Of a stretch of 64,000 bases of DNA, positions 14,901 to 36,750 are shown piece by piece; positions within the stretch are counted from its first letter, which is position 1, and each line of letters opens with the position of its first letter. Under the pieces are notes generated by a model, which was not told where the DNA came from, did not search any database, and saw only the letters and a program-made list of their open reading frames with translations. Both the position numbers and the translations under genes were made by a program. The DNA is taken from the NCBI RefSeq assembly GCF_009914755.1, contig NC_060946.1, one strand, 5' to 3'. This DNA is from the human T2T-CHM13v2.0 reference genome, Homo sapiens.

Positions 14901-15129
14901 ATGAGCATCCCTCGCTTCTGGCTGCCAGTTTCCGCAGCATTCCCTGGCCGGGGAGCAGCCATCCCTGCCCTCTCAGACTCTCCCTCTGCCCACCTGGACC
15001 CCACGTGGGCATCCACTCAGCATCTCACATTCCCCACGGCCCAGGAACATCACCAAGTCAGGCGGGGCTGAGAGAATGGCTCATAGCAAAAGCAGAACGT
15101 GGAGAAAATCAGATGCTTTTCTTAAGGGG

Positions 15130-15720
15130 AGCTTTCTAATGAACGTTCTTATTTTACTCTTTAAAGCTTTCAAATAAACAATAAATATAACTCCATTCAA
15201 AACACAAATTAACTTCTATGTTATAATATTAGGCAGGCTCCCACACTCTGCCCCTGCCTCTGAAGTTGTCGTTTTCATTCATTTCTCTTTGCATCTTCCG
15301 AAAGTGTTTCTTTATGCAAATATAGCAAATCTATGTTCTTACTCAGAGTGTAGCGCTTTGAGTGGCTGTTTTCACTTAGGGGCATAGTCTTATTGACAAA
15401 TGGCAGTCTTTAAGTTTCTTCTGCTCCACACTTTATCCAGTCAGCCCCCTATTGATCGACTTAGGGGCTATTTCTATTTTTTGCTACTGTAAGTCATGCT
15501 TTGTGAATTTCCTCGCCTGGACGCTCTTGTCCGGAGGGGTGCTCGGCGGGGGCGGGCGGGGGGCGGGGCAGGGGTTTCTATAGGACAGATTCCTGCAAGT
15601 GGGGCTGGCGGGTCAAAGTGTAGGTGCACCAGGTAGTTGCAGCAGAAATCGCCAGGTTCCCTTCCTGAGAGGATCAGCACGTTCCACTCTGCCGGCTGCT
15701 GTGCATGCGGGGGCCTCTTC
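15130..15720 (-). mobile_element. L1ME-type 3' fragment
   Basis: T-rich 3' end; CAGCCCCCTATTGATCGACTTAGG...TTTTTTGCTACTGTAA...GATTCCTGCAAGTGGG. Confidence 0.55.
15548..15574 (+). other. G-quadruplex motif / overlapping GC boxes
   Basis: GGGGG-C-GGG-C-GGGGGG-C-GGGG-CA-GGGG. Confidence 0.7.
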
Positions 15721-17349
15721 CCCTGCCTCATCCAGAGGGCGAGGCCACATTTATCTGCAGCACGTTTATACTCAACCATCAGGATTCCAGAGCCGGCCTG
15801 GGCTGGGCCAAGCGTGCACCCTGGGGACAGCGTGGCTCTCAATTTCAGAGCAGCTCTGTGGATCCACGGAGCCCAGGCTCCATTTCTGCCTCAGCCTGGC
15901 CTGACCCCATAGCCAGCCCCACCCCTGAGGCGGCGCCACACAGAGAAGCTGTCACTACTCATCCCTGCCTCAGTCAGCCTCAGTCCTGCACTGCCTACCC
16001 GCCCCCTCCACTGTCCCCACACCCCACCCAGTCCACCTGCCCGAAAGCCTCCTGGCCCTTGACTTCCTGACACCTTCTTAGTTTGCACAGAGAGGTTAAG
16101 TAACTTGTCCAGGGCTGCACAGCTGAGAAGCAGAGCCTGGAGGGGACAGTGGCAGCCTGACTCCAGGGTCCCTGCTCTCACTCAGGACACCCTCTTACCT
16201 CTGCATCATCAGCATTGCTCAGCATTGTGTCATTTGAGAGGCCTGGGGCCATCTGTTAGGAAGTGGGGGCAGGTGGGGACAGGAAAGGGTTCAGGATCAA
16301 GGTAGTGATGAGGGGAGTAAGCCCAGCACACCCAAGGGGCTTAAAGCCACCGGGGTACCTCACAATCCAGGAAGAAGCAGGGAGAACGCTTGAGGCTGGG
16401 GCATCGGGGAGGTGAGCCCTGTCCAGCCTGGATGCCCTCCGCTGAGCTCTGCTGACACCACCCCACGCTCAGCATGCACTGGCCTCTCCTCTTTCCCAGG
16501 TGAAATTTCACTCATCTTTATAACCCAGCTGAAACATCCCCTCCTCCAGGGGCTCCCCCTAGCCCCATGTCCTGCTGATACCTGAGCACACAGGTTCCAG
16601 CTCCTCTACGTGCCCCAGGCTCGTCAAGGGCAGAGCCTGGGCCTGACCTGCCCCTCTGTCCCCAGTGTGTCCAGCCCAGACTAGATCCAAGCAGGTGGCA
16701 CAGAGGGACACTCACTCAATGGGGCTCCCTCCACATGTGCTAGGGGCTGAAGTGGGCAGAGCAGGGGAGACAGTGAGGACATCGGGGAGGATGTGGGACT
16801 TCGGCACAGTGACCCACAAAATGTGGACCACGGCTAGGCAGAGCAGGTGCCTCTGAACCACACAGCCACTCAGACCAGCTCTTCCCAGCTCAAGCCCACC
16901 CTGGCTCGACAGGGTGCCATTGCCTCCCACAGCCCAGCATGGGCACCTCAGCCCATCTCCACCCAGCTCACCCGGGCCCAGGTGCCAGCCCTAAGCTCCC
17001 TGCCGGGGATCCATAGCAAGAAGGGAGAGCTTCGGGCAGCCTGCAGCAGGGGATGCATGTGGCCTGGAGTGACACTTACCTGAGTTCAGATCCCACCTCC
17101 CTCGCTGTGACTGAGCGCAGGCCCCAAGGAAAGGCCAGCAAGAGGCCTAGAAACAGTATATGCAAATCAGCTACACCTGGCCCAGGTATCCCGCACGTGT
17201 TGTTTGCTCGTGGTCTCAGGTGCATGGGATCTGCTGCTGCTGGTTGTTGGTGGGGGCCCGGCCCAGCTCTCCACCTTGACCCTGGTCACCCTCAAGCCTG
17301 GGCTCAGGACTTCTCCCTGAGCTGTGCTCACTCTGGGTGCAGGGTATTG

Positions 17350-17552
17350 AGGGAAGAGCATGGGATTTGCCTTCAGGACCTGCAGTTTGGGTTCCAGCTC
17401 CCCCTTTAGCAGCCAGGTGACCTTGGGTGGGACTCTGAGTCTCAGTTTCCCCTTACCTGTGAAATGGGACTGATAGGATTTACCTAATCTGAGGTTTGAT
17501 GTGATAAGTTGAGCACACCCTTGGCTCAGGCTCTGCTGACATTTGCCATTAT
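17350..17552 (+). mobile_element. MIR
   Basis: GTGACCTTGGG...CTCTGAGTCTCAGTTTCCCCTTACCTGTGAAATGGG. Confidence 0.75.
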
Positions 17553-17937
17553 TATTGGGACTGAACCGGCCTCACCCTTAGCCCAGGTTGGGTTCTCACT
17601 GAACCCCCAATCCTGCCCTGATTCTCTGGGGCTAGTAAGGGTGGAACTAGAAGGGGGACTTGGCCTGGGAGACATTCCTGAGAAAATGCCCCCAGGGAGC
17701 CTGGGTTTCCTTGGCTGGAGAGGCAGGGGGAGGAGAGGAAAGGGCACGCACTCATGAGCCCCTGATAAAGCATACCCTGTGTCAGGCGCCGGGGAAACAG
17801 ATCGACCCTCACCTCTCGGCATCCCAGCAAGTCAGTGGGTCTTGTGTCCCCATTTGACGACTGAGAAGACAGAAGCCCAGAGCGGTGATCAGTTGCTAAA
17901 GGTCAGCTCCAGGCTGCCTTTCCTCCACACTTTGTGA

Positions 17938-18459
<522 letters not shown>

Positions 18460-18479
18460 TGAACTACAGATCCATGTCA

Positions 18480-18940
18480 CTCCCTTCTTAATCCCTGTCA
18501 ACAGCTCCATAGGACTCCAGGGCTGAGTCCAAACTCATAGTCCTGATATTCAAAGCTCTCCAGGACCCAGCCTCTGCTTAGATCTGCAGTCCCATGTCCT
18601 GTCCTGCTCACACTCATGCCCTGTGCCCTTGCAACCTTCAAGAGCTTGGCCCCTGCTTGTCCCTGCCAGGGATGTTTTTCAGTCACCTCCTACACCTGGT
18701 GAACTCCTACTCAACCTTTAGAACCCAGCTTGGACATACCCTTTCCTGCATGCCCGACCTGGCTGTCCTTCCCAACCTGGACTCCCATGCCCCCTTGTTG
18801 CTCTCTGTCCGCCTGTTGCTTTCTAGCTGTCTGGACGTCGGTCCCCACCTCACACTGAGATAGCTCAGGATTGTTCCTGTCTCATGTCTGTGGCCCAGGG
18901 CCTGGGCCACCTGCCCTCAGCATTCATTAAGCTCCATAAA
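18480..18940 (+). mobile_element. L2 3' region
   Basis: AGTCCAAACTCATAGTCCTGATATTCAAAGCTCT...ACTCCTACTCAACCTTTAGAACCCAGCT...CCCAGGGCCTGG. Confidence 0.55.
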
Positions 18941-19500
18941 CATGAAAGAAGTGACCGGGCTCAGGCCCTTGGCTGAGAAGCCGAGAAGACTCAAGGCTGC
19001 CTCGATCTCTGCTCCCTGAAAGCGCCGGCCTCCCTGGGCTCCTCTTCGGGCCCTGGCCTAGCAAAGGCAGCTCATGAGGAAACAGCCGGGGGCCCCTCTG
19101 CCCTGGCAGCTGTGAGGCTGAATAACGTATCAGCCTTTTCCTGGGCACGTGGGTAAAATATTTCAATGGAGACGAGATTGTTCATCAAAGTTGGCATCAC
19201 GCAGAGTTTTGCTTTGCTCAGGGCACCAAGAGAGTTGGCCTTTCTTAAAAATAGAGGTATCAGTATCGGCTCTCCATCCAGCCCAAGAGGTTGGTTTCAA
19301 ATGCAAATCCCATCCTTGTACCTCCCGCAGGCCCCGGAAACCCTTCAGTTCCGTTGTCCAGGTCAGGGGTAAAGCCCAAGCTCCTGCTGCTGCCTGCCAT
19401 GGGTGGTGGGTAACTGCGCCTGCAGGACCCAGCCCTGCCTGGCTCCCAGGCCCCTGCCCTCCCTGAGGAAGTGACATTTGATCTGAGACAAGCAGAATTT

Positions 19501-19789
<289 letters not shown>

Positions 19790-20155
19790 AGAGATAAGCA
19801 GAACTTAATCCCCAGAAAAGGGAAAGGAAGAACATTCCAAGCAGAGGGGAGAGAATGGGCAAGGGCCCTGAGGCGGACAAAACCATTCACTGGAAGCATC
19901 GCTCATCTTCCCAGGTCCGAGGAAGACTCTGACCCGCAGCCCCCCTTGCACTAAGGTAGGGCCATGTTCCTGAGCTCTGCCCAATGGGATAGGGTGGTCT
20001 GCACAGCCAGGCCATGCCCAGCTCTCTCCTCCTCCTCCTCCTCACTGGAGAACATGAAAGTGGCCTGGCTGGGTCCCTGAGTCACTGTATGGAGGACACC
20101 ACCCAGGAGAGTTACCGGCTTGTGTTAAACCTTTCGTGAGAAAGCAAGCAACTGT

Positions 20156-20472
<317 letters not shown>

Positions 20473-20499
20473 TTAACAACTCATCTAGAGTCCATGTTG

Positions 20500-20640
20500 T
20501 ACCAATATTTTGGATATATTGAGTTAAATAAAATGTATTATTAAAATACTTTTACCTATTTCTTTTCTAAACGTGGCTGCTAGAAAACTTTAGCCACAAA
20601 CTCTGTATGTGGCTCAAATTCCATGTCTATTATAGTGCTG
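20500..20640 (-). mobile_element. MER33 (hAT-Charlie) fragment
   Basis: AATATTTTGGATATATTGAGTTAAATAAAATG...GTGGCTGCTAGAAAA...TATGTGGCTC. Confidence 0.75.
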
Positions 20641-21301
20641 GTCTAATCCACCCACTTTATTTTACAGATGGGAAAAGTAAAACACAGAGAGGTTAATGAA
20701 CTTGGTCAAGGTCACACAGAGGCGTGAGAGTTTGGAGTTCTCTGTGAAGCTGAGCTGCTTCACAGGTTTACAGAAAAAATCTGAAGTTCCACTCATGGCA
20801 AAGAAAACTTCTGAGCGGTAGGCCTCTCTTGCTGGGATTGAAAGCAACTGAGGCTGAGCGATCTGCAGGTGTCTGCCTGAGAACAAGGGTGGCTTCTCCC
20901 ACCAACGGGCTTCTTAGAGAAAGGAGAAACACAGAGGTGGTCAGCAGTGAGGACCATGGGCCTCAAGGCAGTGAGAGCCCGGCTCGGGCCCCAGGCCGTA
21001 ACTCATATCTGAGGATCACAGAGACAGGAGGGAGCAGACGTTGACCCTCTCCTTCCCCACCTTCACTCCCCACAGCAGTAAATTAGAGATCAGGTGGCGA
21101 CTTGCCGAGTTGATGCAAGAATGCAGTGTGATGTCTGTTACCGACCAGGTCAGAACCCAGCTCAAACTGACTTAAGGAAAAAGTGCAACTTACTGGCTCC
21201 TAAAATGCAGAGGGCCCTGGATTGACCAGCTTCAGGCATGGCTTGACCCAGATTCTCTTGTGATGCCAACAGGGTCTCCCCTTCCTTCACCCTGACAGGG
21301 T

Positions 21302-21413
21302 CAGGAGAATCGCTTGAACCCAGGAGCAGAGGTTGCCGAGAGCCGAGATAGTACCACTGCACTCCACCCTGGGTGACAGGGTGAAACTCAGGCTGAAAAA
21401 GAAAAGAAAAAGA
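21302..21413 (+). mobile_element. Alu right-arm fragment
   Basis: CAGGAGAATCGCTTGAACCCAGG...GGGTGACAG with (GAAAA)n tail; no TSD seen. Confidence 0.85.
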
Positions 21414-21554
21414 ATCAATCATCAGTGTTCACATCGCAATGACTATGAAAATGCTATTCACAGCTGATCGCAGAGTACACTATGCTATGTACACTTCCTT
21501 AAACAACATTTTGTCTTTCTGAAGTTAATATTCTTTGCTTTGTTTTGTTCTTAG

Positions 21555-22432
<878 letters not shown>

Positions 22433-23247
22433 TCGAAATATCTTTATTCTACTCTCCTAGCTGATCAGTGGCTTGAGTGGTTATCCTAGGCCCAGTTCAG
22501 TCCAGGAAGAGAAGCCACAATGAGCATTGTGGGAGGAGGGGCCCATCATAGGAATGAGACCTTGCACAATCCTAGGAAGAGCAGGGGAGCGGAGCTGGGG
22601 AGGAGGGGAGCGGGAGAGTCAGGAAAGACTCAGCAGCCGGCCCTCCTGAAGCCTGGGGCAGGAGGCCAGCTCGGAGCTTGCAGGAAAGTCATGAGAAAGT
22701 CACGCACATCCAGCTGCACGGGTCAGGGCGCCGGGGGAGGTCTGGCCAAGAGGCTGCAGGAGCTGCTGCCTCTGCAGCTGCCACCTCTGTGGGGAAGCCC
22801 AGGGCCACTGTCGGGGCAGCAGGGTCAACGGTGGGGAGCATGAGCAGGACCCAGGGTGAGGAAGAGTGCGGACACCCTGGAACTCACGGAGCACCTGTGC
22901 AGCGGTCTCTCCCCATCTCCGATCACAAAGTCGCTCAGAGGAGCGCAGCCTGCTTGCTTTTGCCTGCCAACAGCCCGCGAGTTGTCAGCCTGCCATCTAA
23001 ACAAACCCCTTCTCACTATATTTAACTTCCTAATAAAGACAGCAATGAAATCAGGCTGCTTCCTCACACGATGCAACTGTTCCTTATTAAAATCGAAAGT
23101 GCACTAACCTTCTACCCTCCCAGCCTCAAAAAGAGACTTTCTCCATCTGCGAAGGGGGCAATCCCCCTTCTGGCTGAGTCACTCCCTCTTTGACATCCTG
23201 TGACTTAAGTATCAAGACGTAAGGCCAGTCACGATGAACACAGCTTA

Positions 23248-23651
<404 letters not shown>

Positions 23652-24134
23652 CTAACTGACCCCCTTCCCTTCCACCACCGCTCACATGGCTGTGCCTGGT
23701 GTGTAGGGCCTCCTCTCCTGTATTCATCCGGTATTTCCTCTGCCCAAAGCAAGCACTGCAGCTGGATTCCTTGTCTAGTGTGGTGACTATGCCTTTGGTG
23801 ATCCCTGGCGTTGCTATTGTCATTGTTTTGGGGCGCCAAAAACCACGGCAAACTTAATGGAGGAATATCGTGTGTTCTCTAAGGGTTCCGCCCACCCATC
23901 TTTCCCTTGTCTCTCTTCCTCTCCTCAGGCCTCTTTATTCCCTGGGACACAGTAATATTAAAAATAGGCCAATTATAACCTTACAATGGCCTTTAAGTGT
24001 TCAATGAAAGGAGGAGTCCACATCCCTCCCTTTAAATCAAAAGTTAGAAATGGCTAAGCTTGGTGAGGAAGGCATGTGAAAAGCTTGAGACAGGCCAAAA
24101 GCTGGGGCTCTTGAGCCAGTTAGCCAGATTGTGA

Positions 24135-24941
<807 letters not shown>

Positions 24942-25209
24942 TTATCCAGAAGATCCAGCTGAGATCATCGATGCAGGTGGCTACACTAAACAACTGATTT
25001 CCAATGTAAATAAAATAGCCTTCTATTGGAAGAAAATGTCATCTAGTGTATAGCTAGAGAAGAGAAGTCAATGGTTAGCTTTGAAGCTTCAGAGGACAGA
25101 TCGACTCTCTTGCGAGGGGCTAGTGAAGCTGGTGACTTTAAGTAGAAGCCAATGTTAATTTGCGATTCTGAAAACCTTGAAAATTCTAGGACCCTTAAGA
25201 ATGATGCTA

Positions 25210-25587
<378 letters not shown>

Positions 25588-25755
25588 TTACAGAATGGCT
25601 TGCTACATATTTGAAGCCCACTGTTGAGACCTACTCCTCAGAAAAAGATTCCTTTCAAAATAGTACTGTTCATTGACTCTGCATCTGGTCACCCAAGAGC
25701 TCTGATGGAGATGTATAAGAAGAATGTTGTTTTCATGCCTGCTAACACTTCATCC

Positions 25756-26091
<336 letters not shown>

Positions 26092-27098
26092 TCATTTTGA
26101 CTTTCAAGTCTTATTATTTAAGAAATACGTTTCCTCAGGCTGTAGCTGCCTGATGGATCTGGGCAACGTTTCCCAGTTTATATAATACTGAGAAGCCAAT
26201 ACATTTGTGTGACTTGCTTTATTATGACTCTCTCTTCATTGTGGTGGTCTGGAACCAAACGTGCAATACACCCAAGGTGAGCCTGGCTGTGGTAGTGTAC
26301 TTTCCTCCTGGTCATTCTTTGTACCCAGCGCCCTGGTGCCAACTGGACATGAGTCTAGTGACAGGTCTGGAAGAAATGAGAGGTGGTGGGGATCGGCCAT
26401 CTCAGAAGAGGTCACTACAGGCTCTTAGGCAATGGGAGACTGACCTCCACACACGCAGGAGGAGAGGCTGCCTCTATTGAACTAAGGATGCATAGCAGGA
26501 TTCAGGGGTCGCTGGTGCTCGGTTTCATCACAATCTGCCCAGGTGTCCGTTCATTCCAATTCTGAGAGTCTTGCTTTTTCCCAATCATTCTAATTTAGAT
26601 ATGAGGTGTTGTGAATTTAATTGCATTCTTAAACTGCATTCACCTGCAAGATTAGACTTTGGGATGGGTTTTCAAAAATCTCTCAATCCTGTGGCTAAAA
26701 GAGATGAGGATGTCTTTCCAGGAAGTCAGAGGCACTCTCGTCTTCCCAACCTGGAACTTGTGCTGGGAATTTACAATCCTGAGCTATCATTTCCTTCTCC
26801 AAATTCCCCAAAACACTTACATGTCACCAGCCAGACCCACTGTCCGTCTATTCCTCATGGTCACTAAAACATTCTCGGCTGCAGCTTCTCAGTCACTCAA
26901 AGCCTTGCCTCTATAGGCACTTGGTCTGGGAGACCCTGAGTGATGATTTAAGTAGTTGCTTTGCCAACGTATGCCATGGATGACAAATCTCCTAATTACC
27001 TCTGGCCATGGGGTTGTTAATGCCTTTAAATCTAGTCGAACCAGAAAATCAATTCTAGATTGCTACGCATTTGTTTCTGCTCCCTGGAAACACTTCTA

Positions 27099-27640
<542 letters not shown>

Positions 27641-28059
27641 AAATTAGACCTTGCACAATAGTGAGAGGGGTTGGAAAAGGGAAGGTACAGATGGGCAGAG
27701 GGTCACTAGCCACCTGTTGTCCACACAGGTGGACAAGTCAGGGCTTTCAGGAAAACCCCTGAAGCCAAGCATATCCAGCCATAGATGTGAGAACAAGCCG
27801 GAGGGGTTTTTAGGGAGGGTCTGGGAGAAGCCATTGCCTCTGAGATGGGCCTGGGGCTGCAGGTGGTCAGTGGGGCTGGCAGGAAGAAGAGTGTGGGTGA
27901 AGAAGAAAGACTCTGAAAATAAACTGGAACCCACTGGGCACGTCTGCAGAACCCTGTCATCAATCAGAGACTTTCAGAAAGTAACGGCTACTACACCCCA
28001 TCTGCTGCTCAAGTCCTGCAAATTATCTTCTTGGCCAAACTTCATGGATAAAGGAATTT

Positions 28060-29045
<986 letters not shown>

Positions 29046-29787
29046 TTCGAGTGGCTGCTCTCAGCCACGAAGGTACGGCACTTGCCCTGCTGCCGTTAAT
29101 AATTATAAAACTGGAGGGGAGGAATAGATGAAATATTGTTTTCAGATCTTCAACATTCAAAACTCAATTACTGTAATTCATTACAAGATGAATCAAGATT
29201 CACAAAATAAAGGTGACAACCCATATGACCAGCTCCACAGATGCAGAAAAAGCATTTGATAAAATTCAACGGTCATTTGTCAGAAAAAACTCTTAGCAAA
29301 CTAGGAATGAAAAGATACTTCCGCAACCTGATGGAAGGTGTGTACAAACAAAGCTCAACAAAATTCTACAGTTCGCATCACACATCACCATGAAGAATAA
29401 ATGCTTCCTCCCGAAGATTCAAAGCAAGGCAGGGATGTGAGCTTTCTCTTCAACATTAGACTGGAGGGCCTGCCCAGGGAAACTCAGCAGGAAAAAAAAT
29501 GTTTAAGCTTACAAATGGAAAGAAAGAGATAGACCTGTCTTTATTCACAGATAATATTATATATGTTGGAAATGCTAAGGGATCTTTTAACTGCTTTACT
29601 AGAAAGCAAATTTAACAAGGTCACAGGATAAAAAGGCAATAGAGAAAGACACATTTCTATACACTGTAATGACTGATATTAAAAGTGATACCTTTGCAAT
29701 ACCATAAAAAACATCAAATACTTAGGAATACATTTAATAAAATACATGTAAAGCCTCTACACTAAAGGCTATAAAATAATGTGTACA

Positions 29788-30148
<361 letters not shown>

Positions 30149-30500
30149 TCATTGACTGGAAGATTCAATATTTATAAGATAGCAATTTGCCCCAAATTTA
30201 TCTAATGATTCAATGCAATCCCAATCAAAATCTCGACAAACCAATCTATAGTGGCAAAAAGCAAATCGGTGATTGCCTAGGGGCCAGGGTGGGTTGGGCA
30301 TTAAGGAAACAGAAGAGTCAGAGGAAAACTCCTGGGGCTGAGGCTCATGTCCATTGTCTTGATTGTGACGATGGCCCACACATGAACACACGCTTCATAA
30401 CTTACTAAACTGTGTACTTTAAATGTGTGTCATCTATTATATGTCAATTATAGCTCAATGATAATGTTTTTTAAATAATTTAATCTCAGTAGTCATTTTT

Positions 30501-30819
<319 letters not shown>

Positions 30820-30848
30820 TAGCAGTCATTTTTAAAGTTAAAAGTTGA

Positions 30849-31850
<1,002 letters not shown>

Positions 31851-33354
31851 AGTTGATTCCAAAACGTATGCAGAAATTGGAAAACATTGAATAGCCAAAA
31901 AAAAAAAGTTCAAAAAGAAAAATAAGTTTGGAGGACTTTTACGACATAATTTCAAGACTTGCTATAAAGTTATGATAGTGAAGACAGTACAATAATGGCA
32001 TAAACATAGACAAATAAAAGCACTAGAACAGAATAGAGGCCAGAAGGAAACTCATGTTTATACGGTCAATTGATTTCTTTTTACCTTAGGTGCTAAAGCA
32101 AGTTAAGGAAAAGAAAAAACTTTTTAACAAATGGTACCCAAACAACTGACTATACCTACATCTATAACCCTGAGGGGTTACCCTCCATTCTTTAGCTGAG
32201 TACTGATCAGCACATGCGTGTGAGGAAGTGACCTCAGATTAGAAAAAGAAACACTGGAACAAAGCTTAAAATCAAGCCTCAGAAGGATCCAACTGTTTCC
32301 AAGTAACTGATTTAATGCCCAGAAAATTTTGTAAAAAATATTTAAAGGAATACAGGCAAAATTAATTAATTAAACCACACCCAACAACCAGAGCTCACAA
32401 TTTCTTGTACCTAATCAAAAATCACCATCTATGCAAAGAGGTAAAAAAGACAGGTCATAATATGGGGAAAAATCAGTCAGTAGAAACAGACCCAGAAATG
32501 ACATCGATGATAGAATTATTAGACGAAGATACTAAAACAACTCTAAGAAATAGACTCTATTTGTTCAAGAAAATGAGGCAAATGTGCACCTGATAAGAAC
32601 AGACTGAAAGAGTTTTTTAAAAGACCCAAGTCGGATTTTAAGAGATGAAAAACACACAACAAATTAGACAACACAGAAGAAAAGTTAGGTGAATATGGAT
32701 ACATAAGACTAAGAAGCTGTCAAAAAAACGCAGGAAAAAAAGGGAAATATAATGAACAAAGCATCAAATGACCTATATGCATGTCACTGGAATCTCAGAA
32801 AAGAAAAGCAATGGGGAAGAGGGATGGACACCCAAAAAAAAGTCTGGAAAAATAGTGGTTATATTTTTTCAAATTTAATGAAAACTATCAATCCATAGGT
32901 CCAAACATCTCAATGAACTAAAGCATAAGAAACATGAAGAAAACCACACCAAGGTGCCTCATCATCAAATTTCTGGAAACAGATGTTAAAGGAAAGCATT
33001 AAAAGCAGCAAGAGAGCAAAAAAAGACACATCACACACAGAAGAACAAAGACAAAGTTTACAGAAAGCTTTTTAGAAGAAACAATAGAGGTCAGAAGATG
33101 GGTGACATCATCACTTTGAAGTACTGACGGAGAATTAACTGTCAAGTTTGAATTCTATATAGAGATAATATATTTTTAATGAAGACAAGGTAAAGATTTA
33201 ATTTAACGTAAGAAGCAGAGAGATTTGATCCCAAGCAGAGCAGCACTACAAGAAATTCTAAAAGACCTCCTTTGGGCAGAAGGAAAATGATGCACATACT
33301 AAGCAGAAACCTGAATAAACATGTAGGAACAAAGAGCATCAAAAATGGTGATCA

Positions 33355-33653
33355 GGCCGGGCACGGTGGCTCACACCTGTAATCCAGCACTTTGGGAGGC
33401 CACGGCGGGAGGATCACTTGAGCCTAGGAGTTTGAGACCAGCCTGGGCAACATAGGAAGACCCTGTCTTTACAAAAAAAACTACACAAATTAACTGGGTG
33501 TGGTGGCATGTATCTGTAGTCCCAGCTACTCAGGAGGCTGAGGTAGTAGGATCACTTGAGCCTGGGGAGGTTGAGGTTGCAGTGAGCCAAGGTCACACCA
33601 TTGCACTCCAGCCTGGGCGACAGTGAGACCCTGTCTCAGAAACAAAACAAAAC
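33355..33653 (+). mobile_element. AluJ-like
   Basis: GGATCACTTGAGCCTAGG, GACCCTGTCT; TSD AAAAATGGT(G/A)ATCA. Confidence 0.94.
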
Positions 33654-34132
33654 AAAAATGGTAATCATGTCAGTAAATGTAAAAGACATTTTTAAAATTG
33701 TTTATGCCCTTTAAAAGATTATTTCTGTTTCAGGCAAAAATAACAACAATGTATTGTGAGATTTATAATAAATGTAGAAGTAAAATCATGGCGGTACTAG
33801 TGGAAAAGCAGAGAGATGTAAAGGGAAGGGCACTGTCGTGGGAGCTTCACACTCCAAGTGAAGGGGCGCAAGAGTCCTCGAATGTTAACTGTGACGAGTT
33901 AAAGATGTCTACAATAAATACTAGAGCAACTACTTTTAAAACACAGGATGGGGGGTAGCTAATACGCCCATGGAGGAAATAAAGTAGAATTATAAAAATA
34001 TCCAATTAAGGCAAAAGAAGGAAAGAGAAGCAAAGAATAGATGAGACAAATAGAGGGGGAGAAAGCAAAGTAAAAGATTTAAATTCAGTTGTAACTATAT
34101 CACCTTTAAGGTAAGCAGTCCAGACACTCTAA

Positions 34133-34490
<358 letters not shown>

Positions 34491-34594
34491 AAGATTTTTT
34501 TTTTTTTTTTAAGCTAAGACTCTATACACTGATTACAGAAAGTCAACATTAAACATAAAGATACATATAGGTTAAAAGTAAAAAGGTGGAAAAA

Positions 34595-34942
<348 letters not shown>

Positions 34943-36343
34943 TCAAAGTGTGGATATTAATATTGGAAAGGTAGAGTTTAGAGAAAATAATATTACCAAT
35001 AATACAGAAGGTCATTGAATGATGAAAGGGTCCCTGCATCAAGAGACGAATAATGCTAAAAGTTTATGCACTTGTTAACAGAAATTCAAAATGCATACAG
35101 CAAAACTGACAGAACAGAACTGAAAGAAGAAATAGACATATCTACAGTTATAACTGGAGATTTCAATACCCCTGTTTAATAATATAATGATGAGATAGAA
35201 AATCAGTAGTATATAAAAGATTTGAACATTATCAACCACATAACCTAATCAACATATAAAGCACTCCACCCCACAATAGCAGAAAGCACACTATTTTCAA
35301 GTGCACAAAACGTTTACCAAGATAGACGATTTCCTGGGCCCTAAAACCAGTCTCAAAAAGTTGGAATGGGTTTAAATCATACAAAGTATGTTCTCTGACC
35401 ACAATTGGGCTAAGTTAGAAATCAATAATGGAGAGATGCCTGAAAAATGCCTAAATATTTTGAAACTAAAAAATACATTTCTAAATAATTCACTGTTTAA
35501 AGAATAAATCACAAGTGAAATGATCATTTTTAACTAAATGAAAATGAAAACTTCACATACCAAAATATGTGGGATACAGCCAATGCAGTGCATAGAGGGA
35601 AATTTTTTTATTAATAAATGCTTCTATTAAAAAAGAATAAAGTTTTCAGATTGACTTAAACTTGCACCTTAAGAAATCCGACAAAGGAGAGCTAAGTAGT
35701 CAGAAAAAGGGGAATGATGAAAAGCAGAAATTAATGAAATGGAAAACAGGAGAACAACAAAGAAAATAAATAGAAACAAATGTTTGTTCTTTTAAGTAAG
35801 TTGTTAAAATTAATACACCTGTAGCCAGACTAATCATGACCAAAAGAGAGCAGACACAAGTTTTCAGCATCATGAATGAAAGAGGAGATACCACTACAGA
35901 CCCTATAGACATTAAAAGGCTAATATGAACAATGTGATGCCAATACGTCACACAACTTACATGAACTTGACAAATTCCTTGAAAATGTTTGCACTACCGA
36001 ATCTCACTCAAGAAGAAATAGACAACCTAAATAACTTTACACCTAGTAAAGAAATTTAATCTGTAATTAAAAAAAAAAAAAAAAAAAACTTCCAACAAAG
36101 AAAACTCCAGGTCCAAATGGCTTTGCTTGTGAATTCTACCAAACATATAAAGAAGAAATAATGCCAGTCCTATACAAACTCTTTCATAAAACTGAAAATG
36201 CTGGAACACACCTCAATTCATTCTGTAAGGCCAGCAATATCCTGATATTAAAACTAGTCAAAAATATTACAAGAAAAAAAAAACTACAGGCCAACATCTC
36301 TCACAAAAGTTCTTAAACAAATTTTAGCATATCAAATTTAAAT

Positions 36344-36385
36344 TCACACACACACACACATACACAGAGACAGACAGATAGATAG
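36344..36385. repeat. (CA)n-(GACA/GATA)n compound microsatellite
   Basis: CACACA...CAGAGACAGACAGATAGATAG. Confidence 0.9.
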
Positions 36386-36499
36386 AAATAATAATGTACC
36401 TTGTTAGCATGGGGCTTACCCAAGGAGGGCAAGCTTGGTTTAACATCTGAAAATCAGTCAATGTAATTCACCATCTTAAAAGACTAAATAAGGAAAACA

Positions 36500-36750
36500 T
36501 TAGATAGAAGAAATAAGACGTGGTGTCCAACAGATGAGTAGGATGATTATAGTTAATGTTAATTGATTATACGTTTCAAAATAGCTAGAAGGGAGTAATG
36601 TGAATGTTCCTAGTGTAAAGATAAATATCCATCCATTGCAATTGCAATTACCCTGATTTGATTATGTAAATATATCAAATTATCACGTGTACCTTGAAAA
36701 TATGCACAGCTATTATTTATCAATTAATTAATTAGTTAAAAATATTTTCA
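36500..36750 (+). mobile_element. L1MA-type 3' end nested in older L1
   Basis: TAGATAGAAGAAATAAG...TTTCAAAATAGCTAGAAG...AATTACCCTGATTTGAT...TATCACGTGTACC. Confidence 0.75.
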
